Of a DNA stretch of 64,000 nt, positions 36,607 through 49,864 are shown in pieces. The first letter of the stretch is position 1. The number at the start of each line of letters is the position of its first letter. Made by a program: the position numbers and the translations under genes. The stretch comes from Perkinsus olseni (Eukaryota): contig JABANN010000042.1 of the NCBI GenBank assembly GCA_013115125.1, positions 1 through 64,000 on the forward strand, read 5' to 3'. The notes under the pieces were generated by a model, which saw only the letters and a program-made list of their open reading frames with translations, had not been told where the DNA came from and searched no databases.

Positions 36607-38377
36607 ATGGCTGGTGTAATGAACATCCGTCCCCTGCAACAACGTCTCGCTCTCACCGCTACCCACCTCGGCCGACGGGCGTACAGCTCCACGCCGGCAT
36701 CCACGGCATCACTCCCTCTACGCGGAGTCAGAGTGGTGGACCTGAGTCGGATTCTGGCCGGGCCGTATTGCGGTATGATGCTGGCTGACTACGGCGCTGG
36801 TAAGGGGGTCGTCCGGGCCCTCTAAGAGGGCCCCTCTTCTGGATGTCTGCTCTATGACAGAGGTTATCAAGGTCGAGAGGCCTGGAGTGGGCGATGACGC
36901 TCGAGCATGGGGCCCTCCCTTCACGGAGAAAGGCCACGAGTCCGCGTATTTTCTGGCGCCAAACAGGTTAGTCAGGTATCCCGAGGCCTGGCATTGGATT
37001 ATGGCAGGAATAAGCGTAGCATTGGAGTGAACTTGAAGAGCCCTGAGGGGCAGCAGATCATCAAAGATCTGGTCAAGGTCAGCGACATACTTCTAGGTTA
37101 GATTGGCCTCGTCAGGAAACCCATCAGCCTCGTCAATTCTCAGAGAACTACGTACCTGGCACTCTGGCAAGATACGGTCTGGATTACGAGTCCTTACGAG
37201 AGCTCAACCCGGCCTTGGTGTACGGCAGTCTGACTGGCTATGGTGACACGGGACCATCGAAGGACAAGCTCGGTAGGTGACTGGTGGCTCCTATGAGCTA
37301 GACATCATCGTCGTAGGGTACGCGGTGATGATCGAGGGGCGTGGTGGCATGATGGCATGTACTGGGATTGGTGATCAACCTGTCAAAGTAGGGGTGGCAT
37401 GGACGGACATCCTCACAGGTCTTCATCTTCATGGTACGCGAGGGTCACCTCCCATCCTCCGCCATATACAGTCCTTTTGTCAGGTGGTGTGCTGGCTGCC
37501 CTGTACAACGCTAAGGTCACTGGCGAGGGTCGCCATGTAAAATGCAGTCTACTGGAGTCCCAAGTATCAGCGTTGGCCAATGTTGCCAGTGGTTACCTCA
37601 TCAGTGGCGAGGAGTGTGTCCGCAGGGGTACGCAGCACCCTAATATTGTGCCGTACGGAGTGAGTCCTGCCGCCCTCAGTGCCTAGCTATTTGCGTCTCT
37701 CTGAAGGCCTTCCCGACAGCAGACGGCCACATCGTGGTGGGGGCCTTGAACGACGCCCAGTGGAATAGCTTCTGCAACGTTATGGGCAGACCAGATCTCG
37801 AGATGGACGAAAAGTGAGGGGCCTTCGAGGGGTCCGATAGTCCGCAGCTAAAGGTGTCAGATTCAAGACCAACGAGGCACGATGCGCCAACCGAGAGGAG
37901 CTCAATGGTATCCTGAATGGCATTCTGAAGACGAAGCCGACCGACGAATGGATGGCCCTGCTCGACGCCCTTCCTCACAAGCAACGGTTGGCCAACGACA
38001 AGCTGAACAACATGGAGGGGGTGCGTTCGGCGCTCCCTCATCGTCATGCTGATGGGTGTGCTCATCAGGTTTTCTCGGACCCCCAAGTGCTGGCCAGAGG
38101 CATGAGGATGACTGTGGAGCACACCACGGCTGGTGTGTCACCACTCACGGTTACATCGTGTCAGGTGTTTTCGTTTGTATCAGGCCCGATCGAAGTCGTT
38201 GGCCCCGCAGTGAAGTTCGACCCAGCACCGCCAGAGACTGAGAGATCGCTGCCCCCACCAGCCCTCGGAGAACATACAGAATGGGTCTTGAGGAACTGCC
38301 TTGGATACTCAACCGAAAAGATAAACACTCTGGCCAAGGATCGGGTTATCCATATTATGACGAAGGATTCCTCGTAG
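36607..38377 (+). CDS. Family III CoA-transferase (CaiB/BaiF, SUGCT-like) with a mitochondrial-type presequence; multi-exon
   Basis: [69 protein letters not shown] and PPALGEHT. Confidence 0.93.
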
Positions 38378-39181
38378 CTTGATACCGACTCATGTTCTAT
38401 TGTCCGAGTGCTTACCTTTCTGATCTTAATAGAATTCTTAGTAGATTACCTAAGACGAGAACCGCGAAGAGGCTCTGCGTCCGGCAGACTGAGCCTTCTG
38501 GCCTTCCAGTGGGGTCACACGGGCTGGGTGGTGACCACAGAGGTCTTGTATCCATCTCCTTTTTATGAGTCTCGCAAGGTTTGTTGATTATCATTAATTT
38601 TGTCTCTCGACTAGAACGAGGTGAGGAATCTTTTTTATCCCCATTGCAGGCTTCGAGTTGGCGAGGCCAGGGCGAATCTTAAGCCTTTCGACTCATCAAT
38701 CTCATCAGTGGTTCTGAACTTCAAAACGCTTGAAGCCCCACGGCTGTGGGTGTTCGGTTCCTCTGGTTGAAGGCCATCCTCTGATCTCTCGGAAAAATCT
38801 AGCAAAGAAGACTCTCCTCTACACCACGCCCCAACCTCATATACGCTGCTGACAGTTCTAAGATAACAGTGGCAGAGGGTTGCGTCACGCATGATGCACC
38901 CAGGTTCAATTCGCGGCACCGGCGTTTTCTGGGCACGATACAGGCGTTGATAGGCTACCACCTCTCCTGTATTTGAGAAGCGTAGCGCAGGAGAAACAGT
39001 CTTCAGAACACCTGGAACGAGATGTTAGTGATATTACTGTGTCGATCAAACCATCAGTTTACACGAGTCAGAGAGTGTGCTCGCGAGATTTTCGGAGTCG
39101 GCGAGCCGTGTAGTAGGGGTTGGCTATCTTGCATGAGATATTGGATAGGTATCTTTAAACCACCTAACCACCTAGTATCTC

Positions 39182-40243
39182 ATGGTTCAGCCAGTATTTG
39201 AAGATTCCACGGTAGCACTCTCATCGTGCTTCCTCTGTGGGGTTCTCTTCTTTGTCGAGTTGTATCGACTGAAAGGTGATGTTAACAAGGCCAGCCAATA
39301 CGTGGCGATGTTCCACCATGTCGTCTCTATGGTCTTGGCCGCTGGTGTCATCATCATCAACTGGGATTCCTTCTGGACCATGGCCAGTTTCGGGTAGTAG
39401 TGCTGGGCAGGCTCGCACTCACCTGTGCCTACAGCAGGTGCAGGTTGTCAAATAGTTTCTTTGAAGCATTGGGAATTATTCACCCTGGCCTGTTAGACCG
39501 GCTGTGGTCTTCGTTCTTCTAAGAGAGGCTTCCTCTTCCCCAGGCACAATACTGACTACCCCCTGGTCAATGTACTGCAGCACTTCAATATTGGCTACTT
39601 CACCTATGACTTGGCCCATGTAGTTACTTGGGACCGGAAGTTCCTAGGGCATCACATAGTGGCCATTGCTGGTAATACTGCTATTACACATACCACACCT
39701 TTCCGAACTCCTCATCACTCTTCCTCAGGTTTCCTACTATCTGATGTTGCCAATGTATTCGGCCTGGCCAATGCGATGAATACTTTTATAACGGAACTGG
39801 GCTCTATCATGTATAACTATTACAATACTCGTCGCTCCACTATGACTTATACGATCTTCGTCGTGGCCTACTCAATTTCAAGATTGTTTTTCCTGTTCTG
39901 GAGCACTTGTATCCTCTGGCAAGTAGCCCACCCACCAGCAGGCTCAGAGTATCCAGCTTGGGCTCCTTACGCGATGGTCATACTGCAATCATCGCTCTTC
40001 GTTATCAACTTCAAGTTCTTATTAACGCACGTAAGGAAGCTGTACAGGATCCTAACGGGCCAGAAAGCAGCTCCGAGGCCTCTGAAGGAAACGGCCAAGA
40101 TTGGCGAGGAAGTACAGCCTCGAAGGGAAGTGGAGGAGGAGAGCCTCTCCGTGAGTGATGATGATTATCCGGCCATACCAAAGCGTATTTTGAGGAGTCG
40201 TACTCACGGTGTAACTCTCGCGGAGACACCAATAGCAGCTTAA
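39182..40243 (+). CDS. TLC (TRAM/LAG1/CLN8) domain membrane protein, copy 1
   Basis: Multiple transmembrane segments; IGYFTYDLAH..WDRKFLGHH, FITELGS and YSISRL motifs; 3 exons. Confidence 0.8.
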
Positions 40244-40661
40244 TTTCGCCTTTGGTGGCTAAAATAGGAGCGCTAAAATACATACCATAAATCTACCAAC
40301 TTCTTCATTTGTTGACGAGCTCTGGACTGCACTCGCGGTAGTTGGAGCGTCGATTTTGTTTCTCGAGCCAGGCGTTGGCCCTTGAACCAATGCCAACCTA
40401 ACATACTCAGTGGGTAGTACTGTGATCCAGATCAGATGTACTTGCCACAGTTCTCAGGCTTCAAGTCATTTACGCTCGAGTGGCATCCTGAACTGTTTCT
40501 TCTCATCTTTAAAGTGTTGTTATGTTACCTCTCAAGTCTGCCATACTCATCCTCTCGAGGCCCTGCTCTCGATGTCTCAGTCTTCGTTTTATCATCTCTC
40601 CTGGTTCTCTCCGGGGAACGCATCCCTCGACGGCAAGAAACCTCCCACCGAGCCAGCCAGG

Positions 40662-42082
40662 ATGTTCACTGATGACCCTACTGGAGTCGTGACTTCCTTC
40701 TTTTTATGTGGATCGGTCTTCATGTTTTATCTCTACCAGAATGGGTCGGTGCGTAAGTCCTGTGACCTAGCCTCTATGTTCCACCATGTAACGGCTATGG
40801 TCATAGCCCTCGGAGTTATCATCACCAACTGGAACGAGTTGGTCACAACCAACGCTTCCTATGCGTAATAGGGGGGCCACTGGCGTCGGTCCTTGCATAG
40901 CCATGGATTCTCTCGACTGCTACAGTAGCTTCCCGTCTGTCTATGGTGATGATGGTGTTAGGTATAATTCGGACCACAAGTTAGTGAATACGTTGCAATA
41001 CTTCAACATTGGGTATTTCTTATACGACTCGATACATGTTCTCTCATGGGACAGGAAGTTCATCCCACATCATGCTGTGGCCATTGCTGGTAATAATAGG
41101 GCTGGGGGCGTGATGGGTTGAACTTGACTGCGTAATGTGACCCAATTAGTAGTCGTAACGACAGTTATTTGGACTTGCCGCTCGCCGAGCATCGCCAGAT
41201 TGCGTTGGTGGTCGCATTACTCCCTCGTGCTAGTCTTATTGAAAGCTATACGTTATCGCGCTGGCATCGAAGTCACTCACCCTTCCTCATCATCACAGCA
41301 CTTGGGTTGACCGAAAGTGGTGAAGCCAAGTCTAGTGATCGTGGCGGAGGCGTCTAACCACAGTCTTTTATCACGGGGGAAAACTGAGGCCACCATGTCA
41401 CACGCGAGAATGAGGCCACTAGTGACATGATGGTCTCACTTAAAATGAGTCACTCTTGCGGGTATGCTGCCTCCTACGAGCACACCTGGGATTTTCCGAT
41501 AATTCATTTGTAGGCCGCGACCTCTCTTAGCTGTGTAGGGATGCAAAGAGGCTCTCGACGGGATCTATTATCATTGTCATCATTAAAAAATCGTCCTGTT
41601 TCTCCTCAGGTTTCGGTTTATCCGATATCTCCAACGTCTTTGGCCTGGCCAATGCTGTGAACACTTTCATCACCGAGATGGGCTCTGTCATGTACAACTA
41701 CTACAACTCCCATAAGTCTACCCAAACTTACATAATCTTCGTAGCGGCTTACTCGGTCTCTCGTCTTATATTTCTGGCATACAGCGTCTTAGTATTTTAC
41801 CAAGCCCTCACCCCTCCGCCGGCCGCAGTATACCCCTGGTGGGCCCCTATTGTGATGATATCACTGCAGTTGATGCTCTTCGTAGTGAATATCAAGTTCC
41901 TTCTCGTCCACTGGCGCAAGCTCAGAAAGATCTTACGGAAGGAGCGGGAGTCGGGTAGTGAAGTTGAGAAGGAAACGACGACTGATGATGAGATACTCCA
42001 AGACGATGAGAAGGCCGTGGGTGCTGCAAGGGCGAGGAACGTACCAGTGATAGGAAGAAACCCGTCGCAGTGGCCTGCGTGA
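40662..42082 (+). CDS. TLC-domain membrane protein, copy 2
   Basis: Colinear with copy 1 (IGYFLYDSIH..WDRKFIPHH; FITEMGS). Same intron positions, with a long second intron ~41090-41610. Confidence 0.8.
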
Positions 42083-42263
42083 ATGACCAGTATTAGAAGT
42101 CCTTGAAAGCGTATCATTAATTTCCGACCAATTCCTGTTCATGTAGCGTTGGAGTGTTGTCACCAAAGTGGGCTGGCTTCTGACTGTGAGTAAAATGGAT
42201 GATAGTTGAGAGGGAGGATGACGGTGACCATCTGCACGAGTCTTCCTATCCGATCGGCTGCCA

Positions 42264-43236
42264 GTGAGGAGTGGATCTTCGCGGCCTTTTTCTCTTCCAT
42301 ATCTCTGTCTGCCCGAGGAAGCTGTCTACGTAATAGCGTCCTTCGGGATGTATGTAGTCATCCACCAGTGGGCCTGTCGCGGTGACAGGGATGACCTCAA
42401 GAAGGCGTACGATGTGGCATGCCTGGTCAACGCATTAGTGGCCGTGGGGTATAGTCTCGGTCGTCCTCCATGCCGACGTACTCTTCACTGGGGTCTTCAA
42501 GTGAGTACCTTCACCAGGACTTGACCACCGATCCCTCTCCTCTGGCGTTCAGTTCTAACAAGTCACAGCCATTGGTGGTCTTCCTGCTCACTCACAGTCT
42601 TGGTCATCTCCTCTACGACTTCTACCATGGATTAACATGAAGGCCTGTGGTCCTTCCTCACCATCTTGTGTCCATCTTGGGTAGTACATGTAGCCCCGCT
42701 CACTGCCATCAAATAGTCGGGCTCTAGCGACTAGTGTACTGTGCGGGCGCACTGACTCCGTACTCACGAACGGCTGTGACGGGGAGTACGGTTACGGAAC
42801 CCTACCCGTACTGCCGCCCACCTCTACTACCAGCAGCCTACTCCCTTTAGGTATCCTCGCCTCCCTCCGTTACGCTAGGGGAGGCCTGGTAATAGTCGTG
42901 GATGGCATCATCACCGAGCTCGGATACCTTTTCTTACTAATCTACTATCACTGCCATTCAACAAGTGTCTACGGTATGGTTCTGCTCTTCTACGGTGCCC
43001 TTCGCCTTCTACTCGTGGCCTGGAGCTCATCAGTCCTCACTCAGTGTCTAGGCGACAGCGCGATCTCTCCATCCCTCCAGATCATAACGGTGCTCGCTCA
43101 GTGCGGCATCGTTATCGTAGCTTTCCACTTCTTCTATCGACACTGCGTCAACTTCATGCGCCTAGCAAGGGGGAAGTCCCATCCTCTAACCTCGACAGTG
43201 CAGCCCTCGGCATCAGTGGTGAAGTTGGAATCTTGA
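42264..43236 (+). pseudogene. TLC-domain paralog, copy 3, with an in-frame TGA; probable pseudogene
   Basis: LGHLLYDFYHGLT*RPVVLPHH aligns with copies 1 and 2, with TGA (42638-42640) at their Trp. IITELG and YGALRL motifs lie downstream. No clear in-frame upstream ATG. Confidence 0.6.
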
Positions 43237-43650
43237 GGTCAAGTCACAGACCATCTCGTCTCCGAAGACGCAGATCATTCTAATCCTTTTCATCATCACA
43301 TGTTATGTCTCTTTCAACTCTCCCGTATGCCGTTGAATTGGAGTTCATCCATTTTCCTCTGCTGTCGGCGTATCTTTGCAACCGGTGGACGAAATTGTTA
43401 TGGCGGCGACCCTGTCGGATCCTCGGGGTGTACTGCCCGCATGCCAGGTCATAGGGATACTCCTATAACGTCCTCCTTCGATATTGTGAATGATCGAAGA
43501 TTCCTGGCAGTCTCTTCAGTCCTCCACTCGGATTTGCAGCAGCTTTGTTACCAAGTGAACAACAGCCTTCCGCGTATCGACTACAGCCAGTCAGAGTCCT
43601 AAAGAGACTTCCTTCTCTGGCGTGAAGCGTAAGCGATAAGTTCTTTCTCC

Positions 43651-44996
43651 ATGAGATGGCTCTCGAATGAAGCGGTTTCGTGGTCGATACCTCCCCCTCG
43701 TTCGTGTTGCTCTCCTTCTTCCCTCTCCATGTTACTCCTCTGCGACCCCGCAGCGGCCATTCTCTCCTACTCCACCTACTGGGCGGTATACGGTGCCCTT
43801 TCGAGGCATCGTCGTGGTAGGGAAAGGGAGAAGAGCCTCTGCGTCACCCAATTGGTCTACAGCATACAAACCATCATAGTCGGATGCAAATGCATCTTTG
43901 AGGGTTGGGACGAACTGTGGACGAACGCAGCCTTTGGGTGAGTCTGCCTCGAGGTCGACTCTTGCTCAACACGGATGAATAGATACAACCCAGAGCTGTC
44001 GTTAGTTGAGGTCCACCTCAACCTGAGTATCGGCTTCGTACTCTACAACCTGCACCATAGCTTGACTTGGTACAGGAAGGGATTACTTCATGATCTCATA
44101 CTACTCTTTAGTAAGCTATTCGAGGCATGCGTATCTTATACTAAATAGTAGTGGTGAGTTCTGCTTGACGACAGCACGGGCAATGAGAAAAGCATGGCGT
44201 CACGTTGCAAGTCGCGTCACGTGGAGAGGGCAGGGTGGTTAAGGGGCGAGGAGCGTACGGAGGCTTGTCTCCTCGTCTGTGTTGTGAGGAATACACTGCC
44301 GTGATTAGCGTAACTGTTGGTATGAGCGTAGGAGTTCGCGTCGTGTTAACTTTGAATATAGCCGGGCCATGATTAATCATCTTCTACCAGCTGCATCGGA
44401 TGGTGCAGAGAGGCGTACGTGATGTCTTCAAAGGAATCCTACGTTGGAGCTAGCACTCTGCAAACACTGCCGCTTCCTTGCAACCAACAGCTTCAGGTTT
44501 GGTCCTGTCCGACATGCTAGAGTACTACGGCCTCGCCATGGTCGTCAGTAGCGTCATAGCATCTCTCGGCTCCGCAGCATACCTCCTCTACATCCGAAAG
44601 GACACCACTCGTGGCCATCTTGAGTTCATCATCTGCTTCGGCTTCTCGCGACTGCTCCTGCTGTTCTGGACTCTCTTCGTCGTCTATAAGGCCTTCGACC
44701 CACCCAGGACCCAATGGAGGGTCATCGGGGTCTGGTCCCCGCCCTGCGTCGTGGCTATGCAGCTACTCGTCTTCTGGGCGGAGATCGACAGTTGGGGCTC
44801 TCAGTGCAGAAAGTTCCGTCGAGAGCAGTGGCGAAGGTACCGAACTTCCATGCGGAATATGCGTAAAAAGATGGAGGAAGAGGCCCCACTGAAGACGCCA
44901 TTTTTTGTGACGATCAAGGCACGGGAGAAATGGGGACTTGCGGGCCTTGCAAGCTCGTCGCCGCGTCGAGTGGGCAGAGTTAAGTTCGAATCTTGA
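43651..44996 (+). CDS. TLC-domain paralog, copy 4 (divergent)
   Basis: WDELWTNAAFG|YNPELSLV...IGFVLYNLHHSLTW is colinear with copies 1 and 2. Same intron positions. Confidence 0.7.
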
Positions 44997-45166
44997 TGGC
45001 ACTGAGGCCGTGTAATGAAGCTGAGAGCATAAAGTACGCATGTATATTCTCATGGATCTTGGATTGTTCGCCGCCCCTGGGCATCCTGCGTTGGAGTGGG
45101 GTAGGGAGGGGGCCCGAATAAGGCAACCATCGGGGTTCACTAGTTGGCCTAGGCTCCTTCCTCCCA

Positions 45167-46109
45167 ATGCCACCCAGACGATCAACTGCTGCCAAGGCTA
45201 AGGCAAAGGCCAAGGCAGCACCACCGCCGTCTCCACCGCCACCTCCGACCTACAAACTGCGGTACTGTGACAAGGAGAGCATCTCCCCCAACTTACACTG
45301 TTCCGTCTGCTGTGAGGTACCCTCTACAACACCGTCCGCCGCTCTTTGCTTCCATGCGTCATCAGGTATTCACAGATCCGATATGTGCCTGGCCCTGCGG
45401 TCACACTTTCTGTCGGGAATGCCTCTACCAATGGTTAGGCCTCAGGAACACCACTTGCCCTGAATGGTAGGGCGTATCTTAAGTTGAAGCTGGCTTTACA
45501 CGCTCTCTCAGTCGAACGACCATCACCCAAGCGAATTGCCACAACGACTTGATGGCCCGGAAGTTCCTCGACGAACAGGATGTGTAGGTCGACCCTAGTC
45601 ACGCACAAGTAAAAAGATTCGTCGCAGATACTGTCCCTTCCGAGGCTGCCAGTGGGACGGGAAGCACGGCGACCTGGAGGCCCACATGGGAGACTGCGAC
45701 TGCGACCCTAGCAAGGTGCCTGACTTCCTCAAGTAAGCGCTTCGTCAATCGCGAAGGGTACGGACTGTGTTCCAGTTCATCGTCTATGGATGATACAGAC
45801 GAAGCATCGGAGGAACAGATGAAGGGAGGGGCCCTCAGGGTGAGAAAGTCATGGTCCTCGGCCTCTGGACGCTACCCTCGTCAGATGGAATTACTGAGGC
45901 AGAACAACTCCAGCCTGTTGAAGGCAGCCCAGCAGGGGTTTTTCACCCGCTCCGCTCCGCCGACGGAGGAGATACTCGATGATGACGAAGATGATGATGG
46001 TGAGTTGGACGGCGTCCTTCGGTGCCTCGATACCCGTACCCCCACTGCAGCAGTGCCTGCCAAGCGGCCGAGGAGGGACAGTGAGGTCATCGCCATACCG
46101 GACTCGTGA
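45167..46109 (+). CDS. C3HC4 RING-finger protein with a TRAF/SIAH-type zinc finger (putative E3 ligase); multi-exon
   Basis: Spliced LHCSVCCE|VFTDPICAWPCGHTFCRECLYQWL...CPE and YCPFRGCQWDGKHGDLEAHMGDC. Confidence 0.85.
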
Positions 46110-46258
46110 GCGGCCGCAGATGGCGGTTGTAAGCCAATTACGTAACTATATTACCATTACGCATAGACTCCCCTCCTTCACCTTTCGAACGCACTAGTGT
46201 TAGTCAATGCTCGGGAAGGCCATACAGACACGAAGAGAGCATTCATTCAGTTGGTTCA

Positions 46259-49200
46259 ATGACAGTAACAGGGTCAGCGGGCAACGAAAAGACAAGAGAA
46301 CATGCTGATAGGCAACGCCCTGAGGGCGATGCCGCGACGACCAGCACATCCACAGCTAGAGTCTTGCGGGACTTGCCACCAATCGAAGTATCGGGCCAGA
46401 TTGACCTGAGCACTACGTCGTGCGTGGTCGTAGGTCCCCATCCCTCTCACAGTGAAGATTCCTTCTTTCGAGACCAAGTCGGCTCTGATGGGCCTCAACT
46501 ACACCACTTACCACATAAAAGTAGACGACTTCGGCCGGCCACACTCGGTCAATCGCAGGTGGTCCTCACCCAATCACCACGGCGCCCGTCCTCCAGGACC
46601 TCAGATTCGACGACTTCGTCAAGTTCCACGACCATATCAGCTCTCTGCCGTACCACCGGCGAGGGGAGGAAGGGGGGCGTAGAGAGTCCGAAGGGTTGGC
46701 AAAGCAGCCAGCAGCCACTCTGGTAGGGTAGGATCATGCCCACTGAGCGCTCGCCATCCGTTCTGACAGTTCGCCGACGACGACGCCGCAGTTTCTCAGG
46801 GTAGCATCCGCAGCCCCTCCGGCGACCCTCTCATACCGGCCCTACCCCCGAAGCAGATGTTCGGGTCGACCCTACCAGCTGTTGTCGAGGAGAGGCGGCC
46901 CGCACTCGAGCTCATTCTCCAAAGGGCCACTAGGAGGGCGGAGGTGAGCCAGCATCGGCCATGTTCAAGCAGGTCGTGGTCAGGTCCTTTACTTCGACAC
47001 CACTGACGCCCTCTGGCGGTTGCTAGAGCTCCCTCCGGGCTGTGCCGTGGTGTCCCGCTTCCTCACCCCCTCAGGACAGAGGAGCTGCCAGTGCATGCAG
47101 GACCTCAGTGGTGAGACCTTCCCTGACCAGCAGTCCACTGCCCGTAGCCGTCGCCTCAGGGCTCCTGGATCCGGGTAAGGAGAAGGAACAGTATCGGCTG
47201 AAACACGAGGCTGTGCTCAAGTGCGTCCTCAACATCGTGGACAGCGAGGCTCGAGGTCCCTACCCACTGGATGGGGCCGGTCAGCGCTACCCTGCTCAGG
47301 CGTGATTTCCCTTCCACCAGCGGCCTTCGCTTCGGTCATGGATGTGCTTCACTTCATAGTGTCCGATGGGAGCCCAGAGGGAAGGCACGGGTCGTCTAAA
47401 GATCCGAGAGAAATGTGACAGCTGCTTCGCTCCGCTAGAAGGCCACTACCATTTTGGTCAGCAGGTTCGTGTCGGGCGGAGGCATCCTCACTCTCCTGCG
47501 AGTTCTGGCCAGCGAGGGCCCCGCGGACGCCACAGCCAATGGTGACGTTGTGGTGCTTCCTCGAGGCAAACGGGTAAATGCCGCCCTCCTCGCGATGGCC
47601 CAGGCACCGGCTGCTGCTTCAGACAACTCCTGCTGCTGCTACTGACAACAGCACTGCCACAGTCCGTATTGACCAAGTCAAGCGTGTCCTCAACGGCCTC
47701 ATACAGGCGTCAGGGGAGGCCTTCAGTACCCTACTCTTACACACACTCCAGGTCACCATCCGCCCTCCCCCCCCCTATGGTTCCTACCGTCCCTACAGGC
47801 TCACGATGGCATCCCCGTCATCAGTGAAGAGCTTCTACCCGTCTCCAAGGTCCACCTTCACGACACCATCGCGAAGCTTCTGTGGCTGAGCTTTGACGAT
47901 GACGTCCAAGTAGGCTGTCTTGGTGATTGCCAATGATACCCCTCTCTGCAGGGGTGTTTGCTTGGCCATCCTCGAGGCCTCGATCTTCTGGGCTCCCTCT
48001 TCGCTTCCCCCTTCCCCAGCACCCGAGTGATCTGCGGCTTGATCCTTGCAACCCTGGCCAGCGCTGAGAGGCTGTAAGCAGCTCCTTGTGATGGAACTGC
48101 TGTAGCGATGGTGCTGGTCAGAGATGACGTGACCCTGCTGAGCAAGATCGACTCTGGTCTGTGGCAACTGCTCACCACCGAGTTGCTCCCTTCCGAGAGC
48201 CTCTCTTCGTCCGCCCGCGTCCCCGGCGCGATGCTGTCTTCTCTGACCCGCACCCCAGGATGCCTGGCTCGAGTGGCCCAGTGTTTGGGAGGGGCCTCCA
48301 GTCAGACCGTTAAGGGATTTGCCTGTTGGGTGACCTTCTCCTCATCTTGTTGTCGATGAGGGCAGCGTGTAGGTCCTCAGTGGGTCCTCCTCCTCACTAA
48401 GGCCCGACTCCCAACTTTCTAAGACCATCATTGGAGCGGCTGAGGGACTCATACTGCAGGTAGCGGCCGCCGTAGCCCATCGCCGTTACGCTGCTGCATC
48501 AGCAGTCGAAGGACCTCGACCCGACCATCAACGGCCTCGTGGCGCAGCTTCTACTACGATTCAGAAAGGACGGCATGCGGACGCTCAGGTGGCCTCCGAC
48601 TAGCAGCTCATGAACATCAGCCGAGTATCTTAGGTCCACCCCGGGGGAATGTGTGGCGGTGGATGAAAGCCTTCGAAGTGCTCTCCATGACCATATAGTG
48701 TCTAGAAGGGCGCGCAACGCTCAGGATGCGGAGCAACAGGAGAGGTCACCCCGGCTGCCCGCTGGCCGTTTCTATGGGATGCCCAGTTACCTTTCCTCGC
48801 TGGTCACAGAGTGCGACGCCCGACGGGATGCAGTTAACAAGGCCGTGGTCCCAGCAGAAATGAATGACGCCTTCAAGGCCTTTGATAGATATCTAGCCAA
48901 GTATCTTCAATCCATCCAAGGTTACGATAGGTGAACCTATTTCCGACGTAGCCAGCATGATAGATACTGATGCAGTGGTAAGCAAATGCAAAGCCGGTTT
49001 AGCGAACCTCAGCTCCGCCGCAGAATCAGAACTACGCCCTCTGCCGGAGCTGGACCCTGGTGAGGTCCTGGCCTGGGCCACGAGCGCCCTCGAGGTGTGC
49101 CATTGTCATCACTGCCATCACGTGGGACTCTCCTGTGCAGCTGCAAGAAGTAGAGAGAGAAATCGCCAATTTAAATGACCGGGCGGAGGCATCCGAAAGG

Positions 49201-49864
49201 GAAGCGAAGAGGGCCAAGAAGGAGGCTCACTCTGTTGAACAACAGTTGAAGGCCGTGACTGCCGATCTTCAATGTACCCCAGGGGTGGTATCGATGGTAC
49301 CATGATGATACTCTTTCAGCCATGGATGCGCGTATCATCTCCGAAGGGACCGCTCCTGGTGACGAACGACAGCGCCTCGCTGACACACGTTCAGGTCTGG
49401 ACTCTCAACTACTGCAGCTGAAACAAGTGGGTCGAGGCACAGTCGGTCGTCTCCGGCAGTAGCGGTACGCAGGTCGCTGCATCCAAACGACTCGAAGGCA
49501 ACACCCTGAGGCAGCGGGCTGCCGAACTGGCCGCTGGAAGGGGGGCGGCAGCGGCATCCTCGGCCAGCGGCAGAGCCGGGCAGGCCAGAGGGGAGGCCGT
49601 CGTAGACGAATGGGCGGCTCGAGTGGAAGCGTCGAAGAAGTAAAAGTTATTCCCATCACTACTGCCCTTCACAGATTGTTCAGATCGACGAGGCAAGTGC
49701 ACAAGTTGAGTGCCCATCTAAGCACAGTTGGTCTTCGACTACAACAGAATGAGAAGGCTGCCCAGGAGGAGCTCCTGGCCTCCGTGAGGTCCCTTCAAGA
49801 ATATCTCTCACGGTTGGAGAAGTGTTTAGCTGAGAATCATCATAGCAGTGATGACTGGAAGTAG
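46259..49864 (+). CDS. PX (phox-homology) domain protein with a helical middle and coiled-coil C-terminus; many exons
   Basis: YTTYHIKV...HSVNRR|FDDFVKFH and PALPPKQMFG...VVEERRPALE are PX signatures. Coiled coil EVEREIANLNDRAEASERE. Exon 1 is uncertain. Confidence 0.75.

Noticed and set aside
42638-42640. Genome-wide TGA=Trp reassignment
   Set aside because: A single instance only; TGA is the evident terminator of YIP1, the kelch gene and the SET gene.
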